Sequence record: OR496884.1
Reading direction: 5' to 3' (one strand)
DNA length: 64,000 bases
In this document: in pieces, positions 1 through 11,500 of the stretch
Layout: every line of letters begins with the position of its first letter
Numbering within the stretch: position 1 is the first letter of the stretch
The notes under the pieces: model-generated
What the model was told of the DNA's origin: nothing
The model's database searches: none
What the model saw: only the letters and a program-made list of their open reading frames with translations
Translations under genes and position numbers: made by a program

Positions 1-3000
1 GCCATCGGGTTATAATCAGTATCAAACATTGCACTGGATTGATCTTTAACTTCTGCCAGTACCTGATCATATTCAACTTCATCGCCTTCTTTAACATGAA
101 GTTTAAGAACTTGATCATAGTTGACCCTAAACTGATTTATCTTAATAAATGGCGTGGAATTTTTAATTGCGTAATCGTAAGTAATACCAATGGAATCTTC
201 AAAGGTAAATTGATCTTCTATAAGCGCAATTCGAGAAGGTGTTCCTGATTTTAATACGACCCGATTTGGATCAAGTGTATCACGAGTATAGAAAACACTG
301 TCCCAAGCAAGAACCTTACCTTTACCAAATGTTTGACCAACAGAAACATCAGTTACTTTAAAGTGTTTGTGATACTCACCCGCACCTTTACCTATCTCAT
401 AGCCAAGGAAGAATGTGTCTTCAGACCCATCTTCATATTCAACTACAATCCCTTTATCAGTAACTTCTTTTACAGTTCCGTTTTGTTTTGCTACAGAAGT
501 ATAAAGTTCAAAGTTACGATAACCGATCACACTGTCATAAGGAGTACGAAGCGGCGAAGGTTGATAGGACTCTGTTGCCATCCATTGACTAAATTGTACA
601 CCTGAGAAAAGAGATCTTTTTGAATCGTCTATGGTCGAACCATAAACAAGATTCGAAATAACAGACAGTCGACCTGGACTTGTTGTTTTCAAAGAAGGAT
701 CGACGTTACCGGCATAGTCAACAATCTTGGCATCAGACGTTAAGTAAGAAACAAAGCCTGCTTTACCTGAGTCTTTACCTGCTTCAGAAATGATGCCGTC
801 GTAATTAGGAAGTTGACCGCGTGTTCTACGAACCATTGCTTGATCACTTCGTCCAAACGTTCCACCAAATGTCACTTCTTCAATCTGTTTGATCTGGTGA
901 GCTGGGTTAACTTCTTCCACTGGTTGACAAGAACTATCCGTAAGAATAGCCAGCATAATTGATTCAGGGTTAAGGTCAAATGTCTTTTTACCGCCGCCTG
1001 GTTTATTTCTAAACTGTCGGTTAGCCTTTACCATTTCACGATAAGCATGACCTGCAAACCTTTCATACCCTACAATACGCTGCTCGGTGATTTCTACTTC
1101 ATGACCTGCTTCATTATTTAACAACATTTCTATTGCTTTAATAACTAAGTTATCAAGTTCAAGAGGATACTTTCTTTTCTTCAATTCACGCGCATGCATT
1201 GGATCAATGAACTGATCAAACATTTGGTCCATCTCTTTAAAATGAGACGGTTTCACTCGACTGTCATTAACAATAGAGAACCAAACATTAGGATCGTCTA
1301 ATTGAGATCTAGAAAAGTTTTTAATAGCAGGAAGTTTGATTAGACCCGAAAAGATCAATGTTGCTAATTCATCGCGACGATCAAATACCATTCTTTCATC
1401 TGCAAACTGGACCATGTATTCATTAGTGGAAAGGTTTGGTCTGACACCAGGCTCAATAAAACGATGGACAGGTTTCACTCGCTTGATCAACTCGGAGAAC
1501 CCCATCCAATACGCCAAGACCACTACACTCTGGAATTTATATCCATTAATGTAAACAGTGGTATTAGGGACTGGCGCTTTCTCCATTGGGAGACCAATGA
1601 GTTCTTCAATAAAACCTTTTGTTTCACCATCTACAGTGATTAAACCAGAGTTATCAATTAAGACCGGATATCCGTTTTCTTCTCCGACTACCCAAGATTT
1701 GTCATTACAAAGTTTTTTCCATTCCTTATGATTTTCAAGAATGGATCTGGTGTCCAAATTCAATACGAGATCACGAATTGTGATTTCTTTAAATCGTTCA
1801 GCCAGAACAGAGTAATACCAACAAACATTTTTACCAATGACTTCTTGACTACCCAACTTAACTTTAATGGATTTATCCAAATAACTACGTTGGATAATGT
1901 TGGTTTTTAACCAACCACCAAAATCGTCAACACGATAAGGAGAACGTTCTATCATTATCCGCTTATCGTAATAAGTAGACAAGTTAACTTTACGTTTACC
2001 AATTTTACGAATAGGAAGTTCCATTCGAACGTATTGGGAATAGTTCTTTACACCATTGATTGTAAAAGACAAGTCCTCGGCAACTTTAGGAATACGGAAA
2101 CGTCTTGTGGATTGATTACCTTCCCCAATGGGTTGGAATTTAATCGTATAAACGTCATATGCAGAATCAGCAGTAATGATAGATTCGCGTTCCATGTCTA
2201 GGATGGCGATACCGCCACCTTGAGCACCAAACAAAATCGATGCAATGATATCGCGCTCTAAAAACCGTTCAACATATCCGATACCTAAATTACTTGTTCT
2301 GGATTGAAGAACTTCTTTGTTGCTAATAACAACACTGTCTTCCGCAATCTTTTCAGGAACAAATACTAAATCTTCGGGTTTGACGTCAATGATTTCTTCA
2401 AGAGTCCGACCACCAAATTCTATTTCTTTATAGCTGTTAGCAGCATCTGTAAAGAACTCTTTTTCTTTTGTTGTCAATTGTCCACGTTTAGCACGTTTAT
2501 CCAGGATACGTTCAATCGTTCCTGTAGGACTGTATTTTGTTTTCTTAACAGTAACAACAGCGTTCTCTACACTTGCTTGTTCAAAGACGTCGTCTTCGAT
2601 GTCGGTATTAAAGAGTTCTTCAGGGGTTGTTTCGCCGAAATCGGGATCTTCATTTTCCGAAGCATCTCCGCCTCCCTCACTTTCGGGGGGTGGATTGTCC
2701 ACATTAGAAGATCCCTTATTACCGGTGTAAAGGTCAGCCAAACTACCAGGACGATTATCAGTGTCCAGCTTGGGAGCATCTTTAATGTCTGTGTTAGATC
2801 CTCCTTTGCCATCTTCATGTTTATCCTTCCCTTTCGAGGTAACGGCCTCTCCTTCTGATGAAATGCTTTCCTTTTCGGTTTTTCCATTTTTGATTTCCTC
2901 TACCATTGGCGTCACAAGTCCTATTAACGCCAGATAGAACCGTTTAAAATAAATGAACTTTGCATTAGACGGTGTTGTTTCCCCTTCCTTATCTCCAGCG

Positions 3001-3848
3001 CCAATCAAATTGATTAATGTTTGAAGATTAACGACCCAACATTTACCGTCAAATGTAAAAACAAATTCTAATTGAGATTTGGCTTTTTCGGTTAATTTAT
3101 TAAACTGAGAAAACTCAGCAAAGTCATAACCAACCAAAATTCCAAATAAGTCTAATAGCCAAAAACTGCTCTCAGCTTGAAAAGGTTTTAGTGCTTCCTT
3201 TTCATACTTAACAATTTCGGCATCTTTAAAGAATTTACGATAACGTCTAAACGCATCAAATAAAGTTCGATAGCTCGGAAATGAGCGAGGAAGTTTAAAT
3301 TCAACAAATTGATGAACGTCGTGTTGAGCAAATTGATTAACTGCAGTAATTAAATTATGAAGAACGTTATACTGTTGCTGGAAAGAACTAAAGAAAGTAA
3401 ACTGTCGATAAACAACTGGAACTTGAGACATTGCCATGTTATTTACAAGTAGTTCATAATCTTTTCCAATGACAGTATGATAATTACGAGTCCGATAGTA
3501 ATTAAAGTGTCCTGATTCATAGTCTTTAATTTTGGCATTAAAATTAAAAGGGACTTTTTTATGTGTCCCGAGTAATACTTCAAAATCCGGCCAGAAATAA
3601 ATATTAACACGCTTATCAAAATTACTAATAAAAGCTGCTTGGTTACTTGGACCTACTTCATTAGGTAATTGTTGTTGATAATGAATCACAGCGTTACGAG
3701 GAAGCATGACGTCCCCGACGGAACTGTATTTAGGATTAATGATATCATTAACCCGTTCACGTGTTCCCCAAACTTTTAGGAATTGACTATATTGAAGAGC
3801 TTCATTCCCCTCAATACTAAGAAAATCTAATAAAGCATTAGAAATCAT
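1..3848 (-). CDS. Virion RNA polymerase beta subunit, N-terminal part (phiKZ gp178-like); 3' end runs off the window
   Basis: ATG at 3848 overlaps the TGA of the upstream gene (ATGA). I translated most of the frame by hand (about 121-2900) without finding a stop: MISNALLDFLSIEG...YSQYVRMELPIRKIGKRKV...SEAGKDSGKAG...IEDQFTFEDSIGI (RpoB-like FEDS motif). Absent from the ORF track, presumably because no stop codon lies in the window. Confidence 0.9.
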   Translation of the reverse strand, partial: MISNALLDFLSIEGNEALQYSQFLKVWGTRERVNDIINPKYSSVGDVMLPRNAVIHYQQQLPNEVGPSNQAAFISNFDKRVNIYFWPDFEVLLGTHKKVPFNFNAKIKDYESGHFNYYRTRNYHTVIGKDYELLVNNMAMSQVPVVYRQFTFFSSFQQQYNVLHNLITAVNQFAQHDVHQFVEFKLPRSFPSYRTLFDAFRRYRKFFKDAEIVKYEKEALKPFQAESSFWLLDLFGILVGYDFAEFSQFNKLTEKAKSQLEFVFTFDGKCWVVNLQTLINLIGAGDKEGETTPSNAKFIYFKRFYLALIGLVTPMVEEIKNGKTEKESISSEGEAVTSKGKDKHEDGKGGSNTDIKDAPKLDTDNRPGSLADLYTGNKGSSNVDNPPPESEGGGDASENEDPDFGETTPEELFNTDIEDDVFEQASVENAVVTVKKTKYSPTGTIERILDKRAKRGQLTTKEKEFFTDAANSYKEIEFGGRTLEEIIDVKPEDLVFVPEKIAEDSVVISNKEVLQSRTSNLGIGYVERFLERDIIASILFGAQGGGIAILDMERESIITADSAYDVYTIKFQPIGEGNQSTRRFRIPKVAEDLSFTINGVKNYSQYVRMELPIRKIGKRKVNLSTYYDKRIMIERSPYRVDDFGGWLKTNIIQRSYLDKSIKVKLGSQEVIGKNVCWYYSVLAERFKEITIRDLVLNLDTRSILENHKEWKKLCNDKSWVVGEENGYPVLIDNSGLITVDGETKGFIEELIGLPMEKAPVPNTTVYINGYKFQSVVVLAYWMGFSELIKRVKPVHRFIEPGVRPNLSTNEYMVQFADERMVFDRRDELATLIFSGLIKLPAIKNFSRSQLDDPNVWFSIVNDSRVKPSHFKEMDQMFDQFIDPMHARELKKRKYPLELDNLVIKAIEMLLNNEAGHEVEITEQRIVGYERFAGHAYREMVKANRQFRNKPGGGKKTFDLNPESIMLAILTDSSCQPVEEVNPAHQIKQIEEVTFGGTFGRSDQAMVRRTRGQLPNYDGIISEAGKDSGKAGFVSYLTSDAKIVDYAGNVDPSLKTTSPGRLSVISNLVYGSTIDDSKRSLFSGVQFSQWMATESYQPSPLRTPYDSVIGYRNFELYTSVAKQNGTVKEVTDKGIVVEYEDGSEDTFFLGYEIGKGAGEYHKHFKVTDVSVGQTFGKGKVLAWDSVFYTRDTLDPNRVVLKSGTPSRIALIEDQFTFEDSIGITYDYAIKNSTPFIKINQFRVNYDQVLKLHVKEGDEVEYDQVLAEVKDQSSAMFDTDYNPM

Positions 3849-5473
3849 TGTGATAACCCATTGGTCAATGCCCGTAGTAAAAACTCATGTGGTTCTTGTA
3901 CAGGACTGTAAAGAAAATCACCAGCGCCGGAAATATAGAAAATCCGTTTTCCGAACAAATCTTTAATTTCAGTTACTGAGTCTTCTGCCATAATACTGTT
4001 AGCTGATAACTGATCTCCATCAAAGTCACTTCCCGATAATTCAATACGTATATTGGCAATAGACATCCCGTCAAAATAACTTGCGTCTTTTGTATATCCG
4101 GGATAGAAATGAAATTGTGCTATTTCCGATCCATCAATATCGATAAAGGTTCGTTTGCTTGATGTTGCGTTAGTTGGTTTAATAAATACCTTAGAGGGAA
4201 ATATAGAACCAATCCCTGTAATGGGATAACGTGTAATTTGGAGCATCTTGTTATCTTCTATAGCCTTTACAACTTGCATATAGAAGAATTCCATGTACGT
4301 CACTGGTTTTATATATTTACGATCAAATTTTTCATCGAGATCATTAATATCATGAAACAGTGCTACACGTTCCCCGTCATCGTAAACCAATCCAAGGTAA
4401 TGACCGTGAATCTTAATTTCTTTATTACGAAGATTAGGGTTGCTAAATCCATTACATAACGAAACTATACCATCGGCTGATGTGTATTTATCAACAGTGT
4501 ATGGATCAACATCGACATAAACAGATTCGAGTGTTTTAGGGTCAACTAATCTTGCCGAGGTAATACCTTGAGTAAATACGTTTGTTAAAAATCCATTTAA
4601 CAACTCATGCTGAACAACAAGACTGAATCCTAAGAGTGCTTGATATAACCCAATAATGGTAGAATTGGGGTCGCCAGTAATGTTGTCATCCATATTCTCC
4701 ACGGAAACTTTTCTTGCAACAATAACGTTACGAGTAGCGCCATGGATAGAACGACGAGCAACTTTACGCTGCATCATACCACGCTTACCTTCCTGGATCC
4801 CAAAGAAGTAATCGGCAATATTGTTTAATGCTTCTTGTTCACCCCATCTAATGTTATCGTAAACAGGATCTGTTGGATCAGGGTTTCTAATGTTAAGTGA
4901 TTTAGAACGATAGAACAATTTACGATAAAGATCGTTTACTTCATTTTCAGTGACAATACCCGTAGGACCTATATCAATATCACGAAGCCCGGCAGGGTAA
5001 ACTGGAATTTTGGTATGAAGCGCTTTATCAAAAAACTTTTTAGTGACAGTGATTTTCTGAGTCCGTTTAAATGAGTCATTAAAGCTTGGATCAAGTTCAC
5101 CAAAATGAGACATAAAAAACGCGTATCCAGTGTCGCCTTCTAAAGGGTTGGATTTTATGAAATCTTTGACTACCGGATCCCAGGTAGCAAATACCTTACC
5201 TTTTATGATTTCTCCGTAAATTCCTTTAAGAGAAATTAGCGCTTTAAAATACGTTGGATTAAAGACAGGTAAAACAGTATCGATGTATGATTCAGTATTA
5301 TCACGTTCATCAGTACCGACTCTACCAAAGATTTTGGTTGAATAAAGACCTTCTTCATGAAGGTTAGTTGTTTGACCTTCAAACGAATCCCCGCTGGTTA
5401 CCGGAATCATAGTCCGCCAGGGGAATGTATTCGGATCAAGCAAAGTAAAGTTAGTTGGTTTACGACTACTCAT
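3845..5473 (-). CDS. Virion RNA polymerase beta-prime subunit carrying the catalytic loop (phiKZ gp180-like)
   Basis: SGSDFDGDQ matches the NADFDGD Mg-binding motif; QITRYP motif; adjacent to the gp178-like gene as in phiKZ-like phages. Confidence 0.92.
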   Translation of the reverse strand: MSSRKPTNFTLLDPNTFPWRTMIPVTSGDSFEGQTTNLHEEGLYSTKIFGRVGTDERDNTESYIDTVLPVFNPTYFKALISLKGIYGEIIKGKVFATWDPVVKDFIKSNPLEGDTGYAFFMSHFGELDPSFNDSFKRTQKITVTKKFFDKALHTKIPVYPAGLRDIDIGPTGIVTENEVNDLYRKLFYRSKSLNIRNPDPTDPVYDNIRWGEQEALNNIADYFFGIQEGKRGMMQRKVARRSIHGATRNVIVARKVSVENMDDNITGDPNSTIIGLYQALLGFSLVVQHELLNGFLTNVFTQGITSARLVDPKTLESVYVDVDPYTVDKYTSADGIVSLCNGFSNPNLRNKEIKIHGHYLGLVYDDGERVALFHDINDLDEKFDRKYIKPVTYMEFFYMQVVKAIEDNKMLQITRYPITGIGSIFPSKVFIKPTNATSSKRTFIDIDGSEIAQFHFYPGYTKDASYFDGMSIANIRIELSGSDFDGDQLSANSIMAEDSVTEIKDLFGKRIFYISGAGDFLYSPVQEPHEFLLRALTNGLSQ

Positions 5474-5501
5474 TGCTGATGATTCCTATAGAGAGGATGT
5501 A

Positions 5502-8500
5502 ATGGCTAAAAACGATTTTGATATGGATTGGGACGATCCTTTTGGAGGTGAATTTGACCTCGATATGGATTTCGACATGGACCCATATGCAAAGAAAGGA
5601 TTTTTGGGTGGAGTAACTTCAGGATTTTTATCAGGGGTTGTCGATGAGACTGTAGGATCTGGTCCTGCACGCATGCGTACATTAAGAACAATATTACCAA
5701 GTTCTTTTAGCAACGCCCTTGACCGTGTTAGTTACGCCGCCACTAAATATGAAGAACTGAAAACAGACTTTAAAGAACAAAATTATGAGTCAGTTAAATC
5801 GCTACAAAGCATTGCCCGAAGCATTGGCGAGAAGGCTCGTAACAAAGGTTTTGGTAAAACCGCTGATCAATTAGACAACTTTTCAGAGAAAGATTTTTCT
5901 AGTTGGGAAAAGTACGATTACAATTCTGGTCCTACTGTTCCAACCATGGAACAAACAGATGAGTACGATGTTTCCCGTTCTATAGAAGAATCCATGGACA
6001 GTCAAGAAGGAGTAATGTTCCGTCTTGGTGATTCATTAAATGAAATGTCGGCAACTGTTGGTGGGATGTTAAACGGAGCTATTGGAGCCGGTAACCGCCA
6101 ACTTGTTTCAATTGATTCAGGTGTAAAACAATTAATTGATTTTCAGCGTAGCATCCAATTTAAAATGGATCAAGCTAAAGTCAACTTAATGGCAAAAAGT
6201 TATGTTGCGGATATCAAGTTTTATAAGTTCATGGAAAAAGGTATTCATACCGAAATAAGTGAACTAAAGAAAATTGTTATAAATAGCAACAAATCTGATT
6301 ACGAAAAAACATCTCATTTAACTGCTTCTAAAGCATTTATGCGTAATCGACTGTTTAACACAGTCGGTAATCGTGTTGGAGGTCTCTCAGGGCTTCTTAG
6401 AGATCGTTTTGGAGCAGATGCTAGAAAAGGTACCTATGGAGATATAGAAGGGATCTTAGGTAGCTTTGCGGAAGTATTAGAGATGTCCGACGATATGCCA
6501 ATTTCAAAAGGTATGTTGGGGAGTATGGCTGGCAAGCACCTCGCTGGAGCTCTCATTAATAATGCACCGTATTATTTTGAACGAGGGGGTGGTAAAGAGT
6601 GGATTGACAAACTTGCCGAGAAAAACCCAGAACAAGCAGAAGCATTTAAGGAACGTTATAGTCAAGTAACTAATGCCGGTAATAAAATTTCTTATATGGC
6701 TAACAATGCAACCGGGTTGTTTAATTACATGGCTGAAGATTGGCAACCAATAGACGAGATGAAGTATCTTGACTATGAAGATTACTTAGATAATCTACCT
6801 GCTGATAAGAAACCAACACCAAGAGCATTGTGGGAAATTCAAAACGCAGTTGGTAACCGAGCCAAGGCCGGTATTAACAACGTGATGGCTGAAATGACTA
6901 AGGCCAAAGGAACACAATACACTCTTGCAAGGCGTAATGTAAAAGATCTCAATCAACCAGGTATCTGGAAAGAGATGAACAACATTACACTTAATGAAGT
7001 GCTTCCTGGGTTATTAGGTCGAATCCATCAAAGCGTGGAAGGTATCAGAACAGGCGAGATGGGAGAAGCCATTTCTTACTCTTACATGCGTGGGCAATAC
7101 ATGGAAGAAGGTGATCGCAAAACTGCTGTCGCTGCTGACTTGATGCCTTATTCTGATTTTTCACGTTATACTTCCGCTGCATTAGAATTTGTAGATTCAG
7201 TTGATCCTGATAAATTACTTTCAGCTAATGCAAGAAAAGCATTTGCGCTTCAAATAGCTAAAGACGTAGATAAGGAAAAAGGATTTAACCCTTTCTATTA
7301 TCTTGGTGATATCCCAGGGATCACTGGTAGTGTTCAAAACGAAATACATACTGTTATCAAACGTCACTTTGATATTGATGATGACGGTGTGGAAGCCTTT
7401 AAACAGACAACTGGACTTGACCGTGTTAATTTCATGTCAACCATGAAAACTGACATTGCTCAAGAAAGATTAAATCAGGCTGGTGCAAGTGCACAAAACT
7501 TAAAGGAAATCTTTCCGAATGTAGCAGAACGGATTGACCTGTTAAGATCAACCGGGAATGAACAGTTACTCCGAGACATTGGTGTTATCTACACTGAAAA
7601 CGGTGTTGACAAAGTGAACATGGACGTCTTCCATAATCGCTTTGCGCAATTTATGGATAACCCCAACGACCCTGCTTTAAGAGGGATGGGTAAAAACCAA
7701 ACCTTTAAACAAAAAGGAAAGGATTTTACTGGAACTCCATTTACACCAAAACCTAACCCATATACCGAAGTTGAAAATAACAGTTCGGTTGGTATAACTG
7801 GTGAGTTAAACACTACCATGGCTAAGTTAATTGATACCATTAATAAAATGGATAAATCAATTACAACACCTAATGTTTCTGAACTTCCCAACTTGTCGGA
7901 ATATGTAACACCATTAAGTAACCATTTAGATACAATTTCTTCCAATACTGGAAAGATGGAAAGCTTAATGGTAGAACTTCTTGATATTGTCAAAGCAGGT
8001 AAATTGTTTAGTCGTAAACAATCTGCAACTGAAGAGAAACAAGAAGAAAGTGCAAAATCTGGTTTCATGAATAAAATGAAGCAATTCTTGCCTACCAATA
8101 TTTTTGGCAAAGGTTTGGATTTGGTTATGAAAAACCAGCCAATTGTTTTGGGTTCAGTCCTTGGGGCAGTTGGAGCTAATTTTATTAATAACCCTATTTT
8201 AGCTGCTGGTGCTATTGCTGGAGGTGCTTTATTAGGTGCGGTAGTACAACGTTGGGAAAAACAAGATCGTCAAGCTACTGGTGATCAACCTTCTGATGAT
8301 GAAGACATTTTAAATGAGAAAGGAGAAACATTACTTTCTTCTGCTAAATTAAAAGCAGGTCTTTATATTGACGCTATTACAAAAAGAGTTGTCAATACTT
8401 GGTCGGAAATACGAGGTCCAATTTTTGATACGGTTGAAAAAATCGTTATTGGAATTAAAGACCTTGCCGGTAAAATATTTGGCGCTGATGGTAGGGCAGT

Positions 8501-11500
8501 TGTACTTAATGGCCTGCGTCAATTAAAGGAAGCTGGAATAGCTGCCTATAACTTTGTTGATCCCATTGGTCGTATTAAATCCATCATGGCAATGGGTAAA
8601 GAACTTATTTACCAGCAGGACGTTTACGTTCCAGGTGATAAGAATCCTAGACTCCGGGCAATTGGATTTAAAAATAGAGATTACTTTATTGATGACGCAG
8701 GGAGTTATCGTCCTATTTCCGGTTGGAATGAAATTAAGGGTCCTGTCTTTGATTCAGAAGCAAATGAACTGATTTCACAAGAAGAATACGATGCCGGTTT
8801 GATTACCGCAAGTGGTCAGAAAGTAAGAACAGTAAGTGCTTTTGCAGCAAATACCATGTCCGGCGTTGCAGGTCTTGCAAAAACCGGTTTTGAAACTCTC
8901 ATGGCAAAGATGGGTTTCCAGCGACCACAAAGTCAAGAAAACCCAGAAGGTAATAAAGAGGGATCTAAAACATCCCAGATGGCTGGAACAGAACATCGAC
9001 TTGATCGTATCTATGCGTTACTTTCAAAGCAATTTGGAAAAGGTGTAGACAATGATGAAATCGATAGCGGGTTAAAAGGTTCTTTTGCCGATAGATTAAA
9101 TTCATTGGCAGATAAAGCCGCCAAAGCTAAAGAAGAGAAACAAGATAAAACCAACGAAGCTATTCAGGATATCGCCGCCGAATTAAAAGGCGATGATAAA
9201 GAACCAGGAGAAGAAAAGAAACAAGGATTGTTCTCAAAACTTCTAGGTATGTTTGGGTCCATGGGTGGGTTAGCAATGAAATTCATCCGTAACCCTCTTG
9301 GAACGCTCGCTGGCGGTATCCTAGGTTCGTTAGGTGCGTCTGCCGGTAGATTGGGTAAAATCGGTTCTCTGCTGTTCTCAGGTGTTTTGGGTATAGCGTC
9401 ACCTATCTTTAAATTATTAAAATGGGGATTTACTGGATTAGCAAAAGTTATTTCAGCTTCTGCGATGGGTGGATTAGGTTCGCTGCTCGGTACCGGAGGT
9501 GGACGCGGTAGAGGAGGAATACTAGGCGGGCTAGGTAGACAGTTAATGAAATTGCCTACTTGGGGTAAGGTTGCCGGTGCAGCTGCATTAGCTGGTGGAA
9601 GTGTTTACGCTGGTTCTAATTTGTTTAGTTCGGAAGAAGAAGCTGAAGCAGATCCATTTGCAACAGAATCTGAAAAAGAACCTAAACCTTACTACGAACC
9701 CCCCAAGACCGGTGCTGAACAAGCTTATCTTGAACGGCAAACAGCAAGAGAGACTCGTGATAAAGAAAATAACGAATCTTCTTTAGGGTCTGTTGGAAAG
9801 GTAATTGCTGATATTGTTCCGCAGAACTGGTTAGCTAAAAAGGCATTAGGTCTTTTTGGTATGGATGTTGAAAAAGAGCAAGGCGGTAAGATCTTTAGTG
9901 ACGATGGTAAAATGTTCTTGTCTAAACAAGATCGTGATACCTATGAAGATCAACGCGACGGTGTTATTGCCCCAAGTTCATTAACCAGAGATGCTAAAGG
10001 TACATTTTCTATTCAAAAGCAAATTCGTTATGCGCAATACGGTTTACGTAAAGTGGATAACAATTTAGCAATGCGTATTGATCAGCTTGAACAAAATCTT
10101 ATTCCCTATGTTAGTATTATTAATAACAGGGGTGCTTTTAGAGACGATGCTCCAGTTGAAAAAATTGTTAAACAATTTGCAATGGGTGCAGGAAATATTT
10201 CTTACGATCAAGCAAAAACTTGGTTTAGCGCAAGATTCAAACCAATTTTCTTGATTTATAATGTCGGTATTTCAATTGCTCGATTAGGTGATATCAATGA
10301 ATTTGATATGAGTACTTCGCCTGACGTCAGAGCAACGATTGACAGACTGAGAACATCTGTTACTACTGTTGAACCCTTCCCGTTGAAAGTGTCAGTTCAA
10401 ATAGACCCGGACACAGGAATCATGGGTGAATACGCAACCAATGATCGCGTTCAAGAGTTAATGGAAGAACTACGTAAGAAGTTCCCTGAAGATAAAAGTA
10501 CTTTAAAGTTACCCACAGCTGATGAGATGAGAAAGAAAGCGCTCTCTTCAGAACCCAGATCCAGTAATCCTATTGTTGGTGCAGTTCAAGACTTCTTTGG
10601 TAGAACTGCTATGGAAGATCAACAACGGTTATTAGACGAGAAATTCAAAACTCCTAAAGAAGTAAAGGAGATTGATATTTCTGACTTGCATTCATCAACC
10701 GATGCAGCTATGGATCCGTTTACATGGGCAAGGCTAAGTGTTTACGGTAACGTAGATAACATGCCTTGGAGAGTGGATGCTGTACTCAAACTAGAACGTT
10801 ATACTGAAAATCTTTATGCAGTAATGGGTGAAGAGATTAAATTCATTGGACATCCCAAGAAAGTATTGGAATTGTTTAAACCGATGTTTAGAATTGAAGA
10901 CCCTCATGCTGAAGATAGATGGTTGGACTGGTTTGAAAATCGTTTCTTACCTGTTGTTTCTGTTTATATTAAACGTTGTCAATTATATCGTTCTGGTAAG
11001 CCTAGTCGTGTATGGCAACAACTGAGCGCAACTAACAAAGTTGTTATCGCAAGAGAACTTGCTGAAATACGCGTTTTCTATAATGACAATGAAGTTAGTA
11101 TTTGGGATGTCACTGTCGGGCCGTTCCCTAACTCTGTTTCTGGTAATGCAAGTTCAAGAGCTGAGAAGTTTTTGAAAATGTTGGACATTAAAGCCACTGA
11201 AGCAAGATTAAAGGAACCGGAAGTTGAAGAAGAGAAATCAAAAACAGCTTCTGAGAGAATGGCGACAACAAAACCAAACAGTGATACAATTAAAAATAAT
11301 ACCAACCGGTTGTTTGATCGTGTTTACGGAACTAATCGTCAGATTGCTAGTGGAAACGTTAGTATTGGCGGTGGTGGTTCTGGGATGGCGATGGGGGCCA
11401 ATGGAAGTCCAAGTGCTAGCAATTGGAGTCAATCCCTTGGTGATCAAAAAGGTGGACAATTTGATGGTAAATGGGCAGCTGGATTTAATCCTGAATACGC

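Noticed and set aside
39-2887. Short ORFs in the track at 39-2887
   Set aside because: They are shadows or alternative frames of the long minus-strand vRNAP beta frame (1..3848).
1-5473. Introns or inteins in RNAP genes (also checked nrdB, thyA, helicase, uvsX)
   Set aside because: Frames are continuous where checked, and no intein or homing-endonuclease motifs were seen.
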